A DNA stretch of 64,000 bases from Neoechinorhynchus agilis (taxonomy: Eukaryota; Animalia; Acanthocephala), in NCBI GenBank assembly GCA_051530055.1, contig CM121343.1:5922389-5986388 (forward strand), read 5' to 3'. Every line of letters starts with the position of its first letter. Position 1 is the first letter of the stretch. Below the pieces are notes generated by a model. It worked only from the letters and a program-made list of their open reading frames with translations. It was not told the origin of the DNA and ran no database searches. This document shows, one piece after another, positions 1 through 10,554 of this stretch. The position numbers and the translations under genes are program-made.

Positions 1-110
1 CCTCCCTTTCGACGGTATTTCGTCCTCTTTAGTTGAGAGGAAACTCACGGAGGTATCTGAGAATCCGGACGGATTCTTACAAAACTCATTACCGTGTCCT
101 ATGGTTCTTC
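1..110. mobile_element. Rearranged fragments of the tRNA-SINE/hammerhead element seen at 37.3-38.1 kb, joined in opposite orientations at about position 35
   Basis: Bases 1-35 resemble 37558-37592 in the same orientation. Bases 47-66 are the exact reverse complement of the 20-mer CCGGATTCTCAGATACCTCC at 37510-37529, and similarity continues to about 105. Confidence 0.75.
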
Positions 111-445
111 ATCATCAGCAGGAGGACAGTATTAAGTGTGATTTTATACGCGCTTCGCTCCTGATCTAAGAGATCGGATTCAATGTGTGGCCAACCAATA
201 AAATATTCAGCCGTAAAAAAAGGCCACACATAGATCCAAAACTATATTTATCTGGAAATCAGCGATTCAGAAATGAGTTTGTAACGTTGGAGCTGCAAAA
301 CGTAATGTACACAAATGAATCGCTGCGTGTATTTATAGTCCATTCCGAGCAAGTGAGTCGAGTTTTGGCTTACAATACAGAAATGTGGCGATTAAAGGAA
401 TTTAATATAAAAATTACACGAACTTCTTTATTCCGCCGTGATCAC

Positions 446-1471
446 TTATGCGCCAAACTGCAATTGGTTTGTCTTTTTCCTCTCCTCAGTTCGAGACGAG
501 TAGCAGTCTGATGGAGGGAGGGAATGAACACTCTTGGTTGCGTGGGGTGCTTCTTCGAATGCCAATTGAGTATAAACGGGTTCCATTGGAAGATGGTGAT
601 GATGATGACTACCTTCATATTCCGGTCGTACGTAGATATTTTGGAGGTGGTCTCGTTTCGTTTCGTTTCGCTGCTCCCTTTTTTTCCGCCGATTTCTATT
701 GATAAGAAAGGACAATCCCACGATTAGTCCGATGAATACGGCTAAGCCTATCGCAAAAATAAGAAAAGGGTCTCAGCATAGCCGAGTGTTTCTTACCCAC
801 ATGGAGCAGCGGAGAGGTGAGTGCGCTTGTCAACGAACTAGTGAGCGTCGAAAAGTTGCCTATGGGACATAAAATGCGGCGTTTTTAAGGACTCTTACTG
901 ACCAGTTGTGTACAATCTTTGACAGGCAGCTCTGTCCTCTATTCCATTACATGGCACATAGCCGATTACAGCACATGAGAGCGAGCACCTTATCACGTTA
1001 TTCTCGGCACAGTAATACTTGTTATCGATGCATCTGCCTGATTTGAAATTTCTTTTATTTTCACGCGAAATCAGAGACACTCACCACAAAGTACAGTTTC
1101 GTCAGTTCCAGTTGAGCAATCGACTATTCCATCGCAGAGGCTCTTCAGGTTCACTCGATTTCCATCGCCACACTCAAAATGGCCCTTGTACCGTATCTAG
1201 GCAACAACAACATCGACGACGACGGGAATAAGGTCGGCGAGGAGGCGCTTACAGCGATGGAATCACTCATTGTGCTTGCGGATACATCTGAAACGATTCT
1301 CCCTGGTGAGTCGAATGTTCTTGTCTCAAGTGTAGGGCATTTAGTTCAGATTTGTTCTCATTTTATATTCATACTCGTTCTATTCTCTTGACTACTCATA
1401 TCGAGTGCCACCACCACCACCACCACCACCAGTAGCAGTAGCAGGAGCAGCGATGCTTGGCACAAATGCAT
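446..1471 (-). CDS. Single-pass membrane protein with LDL-receptor class A-like Cys repeats (multi-exon)
   Basis: Manual splicing over short GT-AG introns gives a signal peptide ([24 protein letters not shown]), an LDLa motif (FECGDGNRVNLKSLCDGIVDCSTGTDE), a second Cys-rich repeat (GRCIDNKYYC...VPCNGIEDRAAC), a TM segment (VGLAVFIGLIVGLSFLI), a basic stop-transfer (NRNRRKKR) and a cytoplasmic tail ending at TAA 446-448. Confidence 0.75.
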
Positions 1472-4400
1472 TTACCATGTTTTTGAATATATTACAATAA
1501 AGCAACCGAGCCGTCCCAGACTACGACTGTTCTGCCAACCATTCTTGTGCATCTCGGTGGCATGAGAACAAGTGTGAATACAGCGAGAATGAAGCGAGCG
1601 CAACTAATCGACTTGTCCCACGGCGCTGCAAAGACGGTAATTTAAACGGGGTTTTAATAAACTATCACGGTATTAGATGCCTTATTGGATTTACCGGATA
1701 TTAGACACATGCTGCACCCATGTTCCCACAAACGATCAAATACTACGAGTCAACTAAAACAAACGACAACTAAGATCCATTCGCTCTAATGAAAGATTTC
1801 CCTAAGCTTTTCTTTTTAATTTCTCCTCTTAAACTACATAATACCGACCAATTTATGAACTTGGTTCAATATTTCGGCACAACATTGTGCCTTCTTTAAC
1901 GTTGTTTCGCTACTTTGTTTTTTGCTTCTTTTCTATGAATATTCCAGCCAATCACGGAGCTCGACTATTCTTGTAAAATCAATTTTCAAAATATTGAGCC
2001 AATCGTTATAGTTCTATGATATTAATTCACCACCTTTTCCAATTTCGTTAGCTATAAATGTGTTGGTTCTAATTTAACAAAAAAACCAAATTGTGAATTT
2101 CGAATAAATCAATTATGGGGACCCTTCGCTGTTTATAATCCACAAAGAGAGATACTAGATCTCTAAACACTTTTTTCTATCTGATTATAATAACCGTCAG
2201 TTTAAACAATTGAGAGGCGATTATAGTTAGTTTTAATCGCGAATTATGCACTCTTAATGGCAAAAGACAAGGGATGATCAGAGTCTGCGTACACTAGTTT
2301 TCTATTTACTTTACACCCCGGGGAGAATAGACGCTCCATTTTTCAGGGAATCGCTCTTTGAATATTAGAGACAGGCATCGATGCTCTTAGAACTGTTGAC
2401 CGCATAAATCGAAAAATAAATGTGAGAATTGCAGATAAAAAATAGGCTATCTTGCTCAATACACAAAAATCGTTTGACTAATCAATTGTATCAGATTCCA
2501 TGACCTTTTTAGTCTCCAAAGGAGCGCAAGGTAGAGTAGGTCAGTATATTCGGCGCATCCCTCAAATCTAAGGAAAATAATCCGGTCATTGTTTACCACA
2601 AATGAGTTCATTAAATTCATTTAAAAAGTATGAATATCAACGTGAACAAACTACAATTAAACCCGGCAGCAAGCTTCTAGGAAGCATTTAAACCTTCAGA
2701 CCTTCACATTCCAGCCAAATAATGGGGATTACAGGATAAAGCCACCGTGGCCCACCTTTTAGACTAGAAGACGGACTAGAAAATCGTCGATTCGATAAAT
2801 TTGACAATATACGCCAATGTTTAAAGCAAAAATGGACGCAGTAAAGGCTAGTCGCCAACCGAGTTAAAGGATAGCTGCAATCGATGAAGATGGGTGAAAA
2901 TATCTTGTGTCAAATGAAGACAACCACATATAAGTCTGTGTACAACAGCTAATAAATTTCGGCTGGTCGCAGGTGAAGATAACGTTCGTATATGTGTGGT
3001 TGTAATTGACACAATCAGGTCTTCCGCCCACCAAGAGGAAGTCATGCTGCCGTCAATCCTGGTAATGCGAAACGTCTGACAGTGTCAAAGGAATACGACG
3101 ACGACGTGAGTGTCTAGATCGAATACCTTCAAAATCACCAAAACGCGACGAACATATTTCTGAACTTTTTGATGTTCAATTTATCGATCGCGTGATCTTC
3201 TCGAGCCGAGTTCTATCATGTACATCTGTCAAATAAAACTCTCCATTCTCGTCAGTGTTCATCGCGTATTCGCTTTTATATCGATTGTAGGGGGTCGGGA
3301 GGGGAACAGTAACCGCTGCTGAGGACAACAAACAGATTAAATTCAGGGTCCTGGGTCGAAATCATTATTTCGTTCCTTTTGGCGTCGAGACACTCGACTA
3401 AGGCGAAGAACCTCGTCAAAGTATTGTCCAAGAGACTCAGACAAATCACTGGCGATTCGAAATCAAGAGCATTAATCCTATGAAACACAACGAACGCTGT
3501 ATCCGTCCTTTTGACCGTTACACCAGGACGAAACTTTAAGAGATTCAGAGCGGTGGATACTTTTAGAACTCTTTTTGTGTTCACAGATTAACCAAAAACA
3601 ACCTTGATTCACCAATACAACGTCGACTCTAACGAAGTGTTCAATGGCGGCTTTTTTTCTTGTCCGAAAAGGATGTTCCGTGGACTTGTTAGTGGTCGTC
3701 GCGTATTCATGTTAAATTCTAATGGTAACGCCACCCACTACCACAATCGTTTTTAGTAATGCTCATTTAATCGGCATTCCTAACTTGCAATGTACATTTG
3801 AAATCGGTCATTGATATTGTTACTCGAATTGGCTTATTTGTATTAAATAAAGTTTAATTAAAATTCAACGTAGGTCGCTGCACCTATCTCTGAACTACTC
3901 GTCACCAATTTCAGTGGAAATAAAAATAACGGATCGTGGTGTCCTAATGGCGCTGCCATGTAAAATTGTAATTTTTTATGAAAAATATGTGAGCCTTTTA
4001 TTCGAAGGGCCGTTATCGATTCCCGAGAAAATTCCTATTCCATTTGTCCAAAAGGAAGTAAACTTATCATCCGCAACGGGCTCTGATTCTCTAGTAGCAA
4101 AATTTTGTTACTTTAAAAATGTAATTGCACACTTGTCAGGATTTTTCGCAACAAATCTTGCAGTTAAAATCAGTTTTTTTTATTAGAAGCAGCGGTATGA
4201 GTCCTTTACGATCTTGGATAAATAATAACTGCACAAAGATTTAAAATAGTATGATAAAAGTAAGAATGTATCCCGATGCTGTTTCGATCGATTGTTAAAG
4301 AGATAATGACCGGTTTTGGTTTCTCATCCCTCAAAACATGATTTTTTTTCTCGGCTCCCGGCTCAAAGTATCTTCGACTCGCTGCTAGTAGAGGCGCTCA

Positions 4401-4934
4401 TGGACCTAGTAATCATAATGTGGGTCCTTTTCTTTGGCGTTATAAATGTATAACTCAATAGCGAATGATTAATCATAAGATCCTCATTTTGCGAAGCCTT
4501 TGAAGATACAACTTTACCATTTATCCTTACATTTTTTTAAATTATTTTCGAAATATGTGCGTATTCGACCGTTCAACCATACACACTCATGGCATCGTCA
4601 TAAAAATCGATAACTTAGTATTTCGGGTTTGTTTTTTCGGACAATTGAACAAAAAGATCAAGCAAAGAAATCAATGGCGAAAAAGAAGACGACGTTTGGA
4701 AATTCACATAAATTGAGTTTATCGGTTCCGTGCAATCGGAACGAATATGAATTAATGCAGTTTCGACAGTGAATTAGATTTTTTCAAGTACAAATCGCCA
4801 AACTTTGTATCTGATCATTTCTCATTATATTATGAAGCGGGTCTCTTTTCGGCCCCTTATCGATTCACGGATTTTAAATCGAGATTTTGGACGGTACGGA
4901 AAAAATTAGGCGAGGGATCATAGCAAAAAATTCC

Positions 4935-6156
4935 AAAAGAAGAATTTTGATCTTTTTTCTGATTGGTCAAAATAACACTAAAAAACCGGCGATATCGTCA
5001 ATGGAAACTCGACTGGATTTTGGCACCGAAAAGGCGAGACAGTTTCATTGGAAAGTTCAGAAAGAAGAATTTTAATCTTTTTTTTGATTGGTCAAAATAA
5101 CACCAAAAAACCGGCGATGCCATCAATGGAAACTCGACTGGATTTTGGCACCGAAAAGGCGAGACAGTTTTATTGGAAAGTTCAGAAAGAAGAATTTCGA
5201 ACGTTTTTTTATTGGTCAAAATAACACTAAAAAACCGGCGATGCCATCAATGGAAACTCGACTGGATTTTGGCACCGAAAAGGCGAGACTGTTTTATTGG
5301 AAAGTTCAGAAAGAAGAATTTTGATCTTTTTTTGATTGGTCAAAATAGCACTAAAAAACCGGCGATGCCATCAATGGAAACTCGACTGGATTTTGGCACC
5401 GAAAAGGCGAGACTGTTTTATTGGAAAGTTCAGAAAGAAGAATTTTGATCTTTTTTCTGATTGGTCAAAATAACACTAAAACACCGGCGATGTCATCAAT
5501 GGAAACTCGACTGGATTTTGGCACCGAAAAGGCGAGACTGTTTTATTGGAAAGTTCAGAAAGAAGAATTTTGATCTTTTTTTGATTGGTCAAAATAGCAC
5601 TAAAAAAACGGCGATATCGTCAATGGAAACTCGACTGGATTTTGGCACCGAAAAGGCGAGACAGTTTTATTGAAAAGTTCAGAAAGAAGAATTTTGATCT
5701 TTTTTCTGATTGGTCAAAATAACACTAAAACACCGGCGATGTCATCAATGGAAACTTGACTGGATTTTGTCACCGAAAAGGCGAGACTGTTTTATTGGAA
5801 AGTTCAGAAAGAAGAATTTTGATCTTTTTTTGATTGGTCAAAATAACACTAAAAAACCGGCGATGCCATCAATGGAAACTCGACTGGATTTTGGCACCGA
5901 AAAGGCGAGACTGTTTTATTGGAAAGTTCAGAAAGAAGAATTTCGAACGTTTTTTATTGGTCAAAATAACACTAAAAACCGGCGATATCGTCAATGGAAA
6001 CTCGACTGGATTTTGGCACCGAAAAGGCGAGACAGTTTTATTGGAAAGTTCAGAAAGAAGAATTTTGATCTTTTTTTTGATTGGTCTAAATAACACTAAA
6101 AACCGGCGATATCGTTAAGGGAAACTCGACTAGATTTTGGCACCGAAAAGGCGAGA
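4935..6156. repeat. Tandem satellite, about 124-125 bp unit, about 10 copies
   Basis: ATTGGTCAAAATAACAC...GGAAACTCGACTGGATTTTGGCACCGAAAAGGCGAGAC recurs every 124-125 bp (unit starts 4961, 5086, 5210, 5334...). Confidence 0.97.
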
Positions 6157-6757
6157 TCATTAGGTGTGACCGAATGTACCAGCGATAGCGCGATGTTTCC
6201 TGTGTATTCTACAGACGTTGCCGGAATGCTTCGCTTATTTCCCTACAACTATGCGATAGGCGTGCTCCGAACATTTCGCTTCTAAGCCGCTTACGAAGAG
6301 TCAATCACCGTCGCTTATAGACCTTAATTATAATTTTAGATATGATTGATGCTGAACCAACTAATACTCGGGACTGTTCTCATAGGAAGCGAAGTCTGAA
6401 ACAAATTGAACCCCTCGAACTCAACGTAAGAAATTAGGTGTATTGATTTTTTAATTTCGAATTATCGTAGAGTACAACAAAATGCGCGAAAATAGTAAAT
6501 GAAGATAACGGTTCGAACGGTCAATTGAACAAGTACTCAGTGTCACTTTATTCGTATTATGGCGGAAGTGGCACTTAGAACAAGGCCAACTGCTGTATAA
6601 TGATGAACTGTCTAGTCATTTGCATGTAAGCCTATAAAGCTTCGTTGTCTTTTGTGAACGTACAAACGTCGATATTGGTAGGGCGTTTGTTCAATTGTTC
6701 AAAACCATTAAGCACAGTTCACATCAAAATTTTAAAAACAAATCGACGCGTGCTAAA

Positions 6758-7368
6758 TGAATTTGAGGCATCAGATTAAGGTTATGACGTAATGTAAAAC
6801 CCGGAATTGATGATTCTTCCGTGGCGTAAATTCACGTATCCTTTCATCTGAGCGAACGCGCGTACTTTTCCATCTGTGAATTTGAGGCATCAGATTAAGG
6901 TTATGACGTAATAAAAACCCGGAATTGATGATTCTTCCGTGGCTTAACGGCGTAAATTCGCGTATCATTGCTTCTGAGCGAACGCGCGTACTTTTCCATC
7001 TGTGAATTTGAGGCATTAGATTAAAGTTCTGACGTAATAAAACCTGGAATTGATGATTCTTCCGTGGCTTAACGGCGCAAATTCACGTATCATTGCTTCT
7101 GAGCGAACGCGCGTACTTTTCCATCTGTGAATTTGAGGCATCAGATTAAGGTTATGACGTAATGTAAAACCCGGAATTGATGATTCTTCCGTGGCGTAAA
7201 TTCACGTATCCTTTCATCTGAGCGAACGCGCGTACTTTTCCATCTGTGAATTTGAGGCATCAGATTAAGGTTATGACGTAATAAAAACCCGGAATTGATG
7301 ATTCTTCCGTGGCTTAACGGCGTAAATTCGCGTATCATTGCTTCTGAGCGAACGCGCGTACTTTTCCT
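6758..7368. repeat. Tandem repeat of 119-126 bp units, 5 copies, directly upstream of PGAM
   Basis: TGAATTTGAGGCA recurs at 6758, 6877, 7003, 7128 and 7247. Confidence 0.95.
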
Positions 7369-7399
7369 TCTGTCTATTTTTGTATCCTGCATTGTGGCG

Positions 7400-7407
7400 T
7401 ATAAATA
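7400..7407 (+). promoter_or_regulatory. TATA-box candidate for PGAM
   Basis: TATAAATA about 68 nt upstream of the ATG at 7468. Confidence 0.4.
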
Positions 7408-7467
7408 GTCGTTTTTCATTCATTGCTTTATTCGCTGGTATCATCTACTGTGATCTTCGCTTCAGAC

Positions 7468-8235
7468 ATGTCAAGCTCTCCAAAGTACACAATTGTCCTA
7501 GTACGCCACGGTGAAAGTCAATATAACTTAGAGAATCGTTTCTGTGGTTGGCATGATTCTGATCTTAGCGAGAAAGGTGTCAACGAAGCTATCCTAGCCG
7601 GCGAGGAGCTCAAGAAAGCTGGTTTTAAGTTTGATGTGGCGTATACAAGCGTTTTGAAACGTGCCATCAAAACCCTTTATCACATCCAAGAAGGACTGGA
7701 CCTCCACTGGATACCCGTTACCAAACATTGGAGACTAAACGAACGTATGTATGGCGGCCTTCAAGGCTTAAATAAGGCTGAAACCTCGGCTAAACACGGT
7801 GAAGCACAAGTTAAGATTTGGCGTCGTGCTTATGATGTTCCACCACCTCCGATTAATCCCAATCATGAAGACTTTCTTGAAAAAGATGAAAAATATAAGG
7901 CGTACGATCCGAGTATTTTACCGAAAACGGAATGTCTCAAAGATACGGTAGAGAGATTCCTTCCTTTTTGGCATGACAATATTGCTCCGGTTGTCAAGCA
8001 AGGCAAACGAGTCATTATCGTCGCCCACGGCAACAGTCTTAGAGCTTTGGTGAAGTATTTGGATAATGTTGGAGACCAGGAGATTGTAGAATTAAACATT
8101 CCAACCGGCATTCCACTTGTGTATGAACTTGATGATAAATTGAGACCGTTGAAGCATTATTATTTAGCTGATGAGGCGAAAGTAAAAGCGGCTATTGATG
8201 CCGTTGCCAATCAAGCCGCAGCATCGAAGAAGTAG
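7468..8235 (+). CDS. PGAM: 2,3-BPG-dependent phosphoglycerate mutase, intronless CDS, 255 aa
   Basis: Catalytic RHGES motif, [27 protein letters not shown] and [20 protein letters not shown] follows at about 8258. Confidence 0.97.
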   Translation: MSSSPKYTIVLVRHGESQYNLENRFCGWHDSDLSEKGVNEAILAGEELKKAGFKFDVAYTSVLKRAIKTLYHIQEGLDLHWIPVTKHWRLNERMYGGLQGLNKAETSAKHGEAQVKIWRRAYDVPPPPINPNHEDFLEKDEKYKAYDPSILPKTECLKDTVERFLPFWHDNIAPVVKQGKRVIIVAHGNSLRALVKYLDNVGDQEIVELNIPTGIPLVYELDDKLRPLKHYYLADEAKVKAAIDAVANQAAASKK

Positions 8236-8284
8236 TCTTGATAAATTTTTGATCTTATAATAAATCGAATGAAATTTGCGTTAA

Positions 8285-8842
8285 CTCGAGAGCGCTCTCG
8301 GGCAACACGGTCTCGTCTGCAGAAGGTCAGCAGGAAGGTTCTCACGCCATGCTGAAATCAATAACGCAATTTCTCGGGCGTTGAGAACGGCGAACTTCCC
8401 GAACATCCTGGAACCCGCCCACCTCTGTAGACTAGACGGCCGTAGGCCCGATGGAATTTCGGTCTTCCCGTGGCGGGAGGGCAAATGCCTTCTCTGGGAC
8501 GCCACGTGTGTGGACACCCTCGCAGCCAGCAACATCCCCCACTCCCTCGAAATCGCCGTTGGTGCCACCAGTGCAGCGGAAGGGAGGAAAATACGGAAAT
8601 ATCTTCACTTATCAAGGGCTCACTATTTTGTCCCCTTTGGGGTAGAGACGTATGGAGCGCTCGGCACTCTCTCTGCTACAGGATCTCTCGAAGAAATTGA
8701 GAGAGGCAACCGGAGACTCAAGAGCAGGCGTATTCCTTTGACAAAATATCTCGCTAGCAGTACAACGGGGCAATGCTGCCAGCATGATGGCGACGGTCGA
8801 GGAAGGACAAAAGCTGGAATTCGGCGGGAGGTGGTGAGTGTG
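8285..8842 (+). mobile_element. 5'-truncated, frameshifted 3' end of a CRE-clade non-LTR retrotransposon (Cys/His motif plus restriction-like endonuclease)
   Basis: Translation gives GQHGLVCRRSAGRFSRHAEIN...RPDGISVFPWREGKCLLWDATCVDT...AEGRKIRKY...FVPFGVETYGALG and, in another frame, QNISLAVQRGNAAS. These are the typical RLE-domain motifs of CRE-like elements. Confidence 0.88.
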
Positions 8843-8966
8843 TTAATTGTCGAGAAATGAAGATTGATTGAATACATTTATCGTTTATCAAAAAAAAACG
8901 AGAGGGCTGTTGTAATGATAAAAAGAAAAATCTTTATATCCAATTGTTCCTTCGAGTGGATGTGTA

Positions 8967-9160
8967 TTCTCAATGGCGAATTGTTACACACTCGAGCTTT
9001 ATTATTGAACTGTTCATTGGGAATTTTCAGGGTCCCAGAGAACTTGCTTTTTGCAAATGTCGTAAACACTTGCAAACAATGCTCGAGGAGGCTGGGGCCT
9101 TGAAAATTTGCAATGAGATGTTCAATAAGACTCGAGTGTGTTACAATTCGCCATTGAGAA
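8967..9160. mobile_element. MITE-like fold-back element, about 194 bp
   Basis: TTCTCAATGGCGAATTGTTACACACTCGAG... is mirrored by ...CTCGAGTGTGTTACAATTCGCCATTGAGAA. The imperfect arms are about 75 bp. Confidence 0.75.
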
Positions 9161-9360
9161 GAAGAATCTTTATTTTCAAGCTTTCGTCGTCTTACATCAA
9201 CAAAGACCCACGGAGAAAGCGACATTGACGTTTTGAAAGTTCGTCCTGCCCATTGAACAGTTTTCGAGCTTTGTTTATCTGATGTTCAGAACGGTCAGTC
9301 GCATTGTCCGTAAGAAACAGCATCCTTTCATTTTTCAATTCCACCAAGCCCTTGGACAAT

Positions 9361-9463
9361 CTGAACGGTTCGTTGCCTATGATTTCGCGTCCCGTCAAAC
9401 GTCACCAAGTCCTTGGCCACTCTGAACGGTTCGTTGCCTATGATTTCGCGTCCCGTCAAACGT
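9361..9463. repeat. Direct duplication of about 42 bp, period 61
   Basis: CTGAACGGTTCGTTGCCTATGATTTCGCGTCCCGTCAAACGT occurs at 9361 and 9422. Confidence 0.9.
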
Positions 9464-10554
9464 TAAAGCAAATTACACTTTCGGTGAGAATAATCCCGGT
9501 CATTGCATATTTCATTTATTCGAAATATGTAATGACCGGGATTAATCTCACCGAAAGTGTAATTTTATTATCCCGAAGGAGTTTCTATCGATGGTTAAAG
9601 CAAATACTCTTTAGTTTTGCCTATCTATAGATATGATCCCACGATTGCCATCGACCAAACATCGTTCGCTGGTCATCTCGTGGACGACGTTGTGTGTCGA
9701 GTGCAAATCGAATCTTATCTGTTATTTGTGTTCATTGACTTTCCGGACGATGTTGGATATGCTTCCGGCATTTCATAATGTCCAGTTCTTGTCAGAATTC
9801 GCCTAAGTATAGCCGCGCTTCTGTGGACAATCAGGGCACCCATTCTCGATCGTCACAGGAGCAGCTTTCCATCGTCACTAGTGAACTTTTCACTGATGTA
9901 TTATTCAAAGGGCAATCCTCGCATTTTTCGAAAATCGATCAGTTTTTTTCCGATAAATTCATCATTTATGTTAAATAGAAAGGCGAAACATCTTTATCGT
10001 CGTCCATTGGTTCGAGGACGTATTCCCCTTCTGAATCGTTGATTCTCGGATGATAAAAATCTTCGGCCAGTAAGTTGGGTTTCTTGGTGCATCTTTTAAT
10101 CGCGAACCCTTTGGCTGAATAAAACTGTTCACAATGAAAACGTTGCATATTCACTGTGTGATCAAATTAGGGAATTCCCGGTTGCGAAACACGTGAAGTT
10201 TTTATGAAATGGAGATCGTATTATTAATGGAATATTATTAAAGATGGTATTTGGTGTTACGGAGAAATGAGAACTCACATGAACTTAATACTCATTTTAA
10301 GCAAATTGAATCAAATTAGTATTAGATCACATCCTTAATTTTGTTCGAAATGTGCTGAATTCACGGGCGTATCTTTGACAAAAGGTTCAGAGAAACATCA
10401 TTGACGAGCACTTCATGAAGTTTGGTATTTATGTGATGAAACGTACTTTTATTGCTTAGTGTTGATAGGTGAATGTTAGATGATCGCTACCGTGGTTTTC
10501 TCCCTCTTTCTCATATAAAATTTTTTGTAATGACCACAATGTAGCTACAATCAC

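Noticed and set aside
2848-3584. Minus-strand ORFs of 65 and 102 aa, and degenerate coding-like sequence at 9640-10154 and 14450-14850
   Set aside because: No recognisable motif or consistent exon chain, so they cannot be assigned without a similarity search.
4998-5030. GGAAACTCGACTG followed by an Sm-like GATTTTGG in the 124-bp satellite resembles U1 snRNA stem-loop III
   Set aside because: There is no ATACTTACCTG 5' end and stem-loop III pairing is poor. A 13-nt match to some snRNA is expected by chance in a window this size.
4887-6118. Short ORFs in the 124-bp array (and likewise at 6771-7419 and 41560-43547)
   Set aside because: They are by-products of tandem repeats, in multiple frames with recurrent stops and no domain.
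6880-7010. C/D-box snoRNA-like motifs (TGATGA...CTGA) in the PGAM upstream repeat
   Set aside because: Boxes are degenerate or too close together, and I could not identify any rRNA-complementary guide.
8168-8181. CTGATGAGGCGAAA hammerhead-like core
   Set aside because: It lies in PGAM coding sequence (ADEAK) and has no room for stem II.
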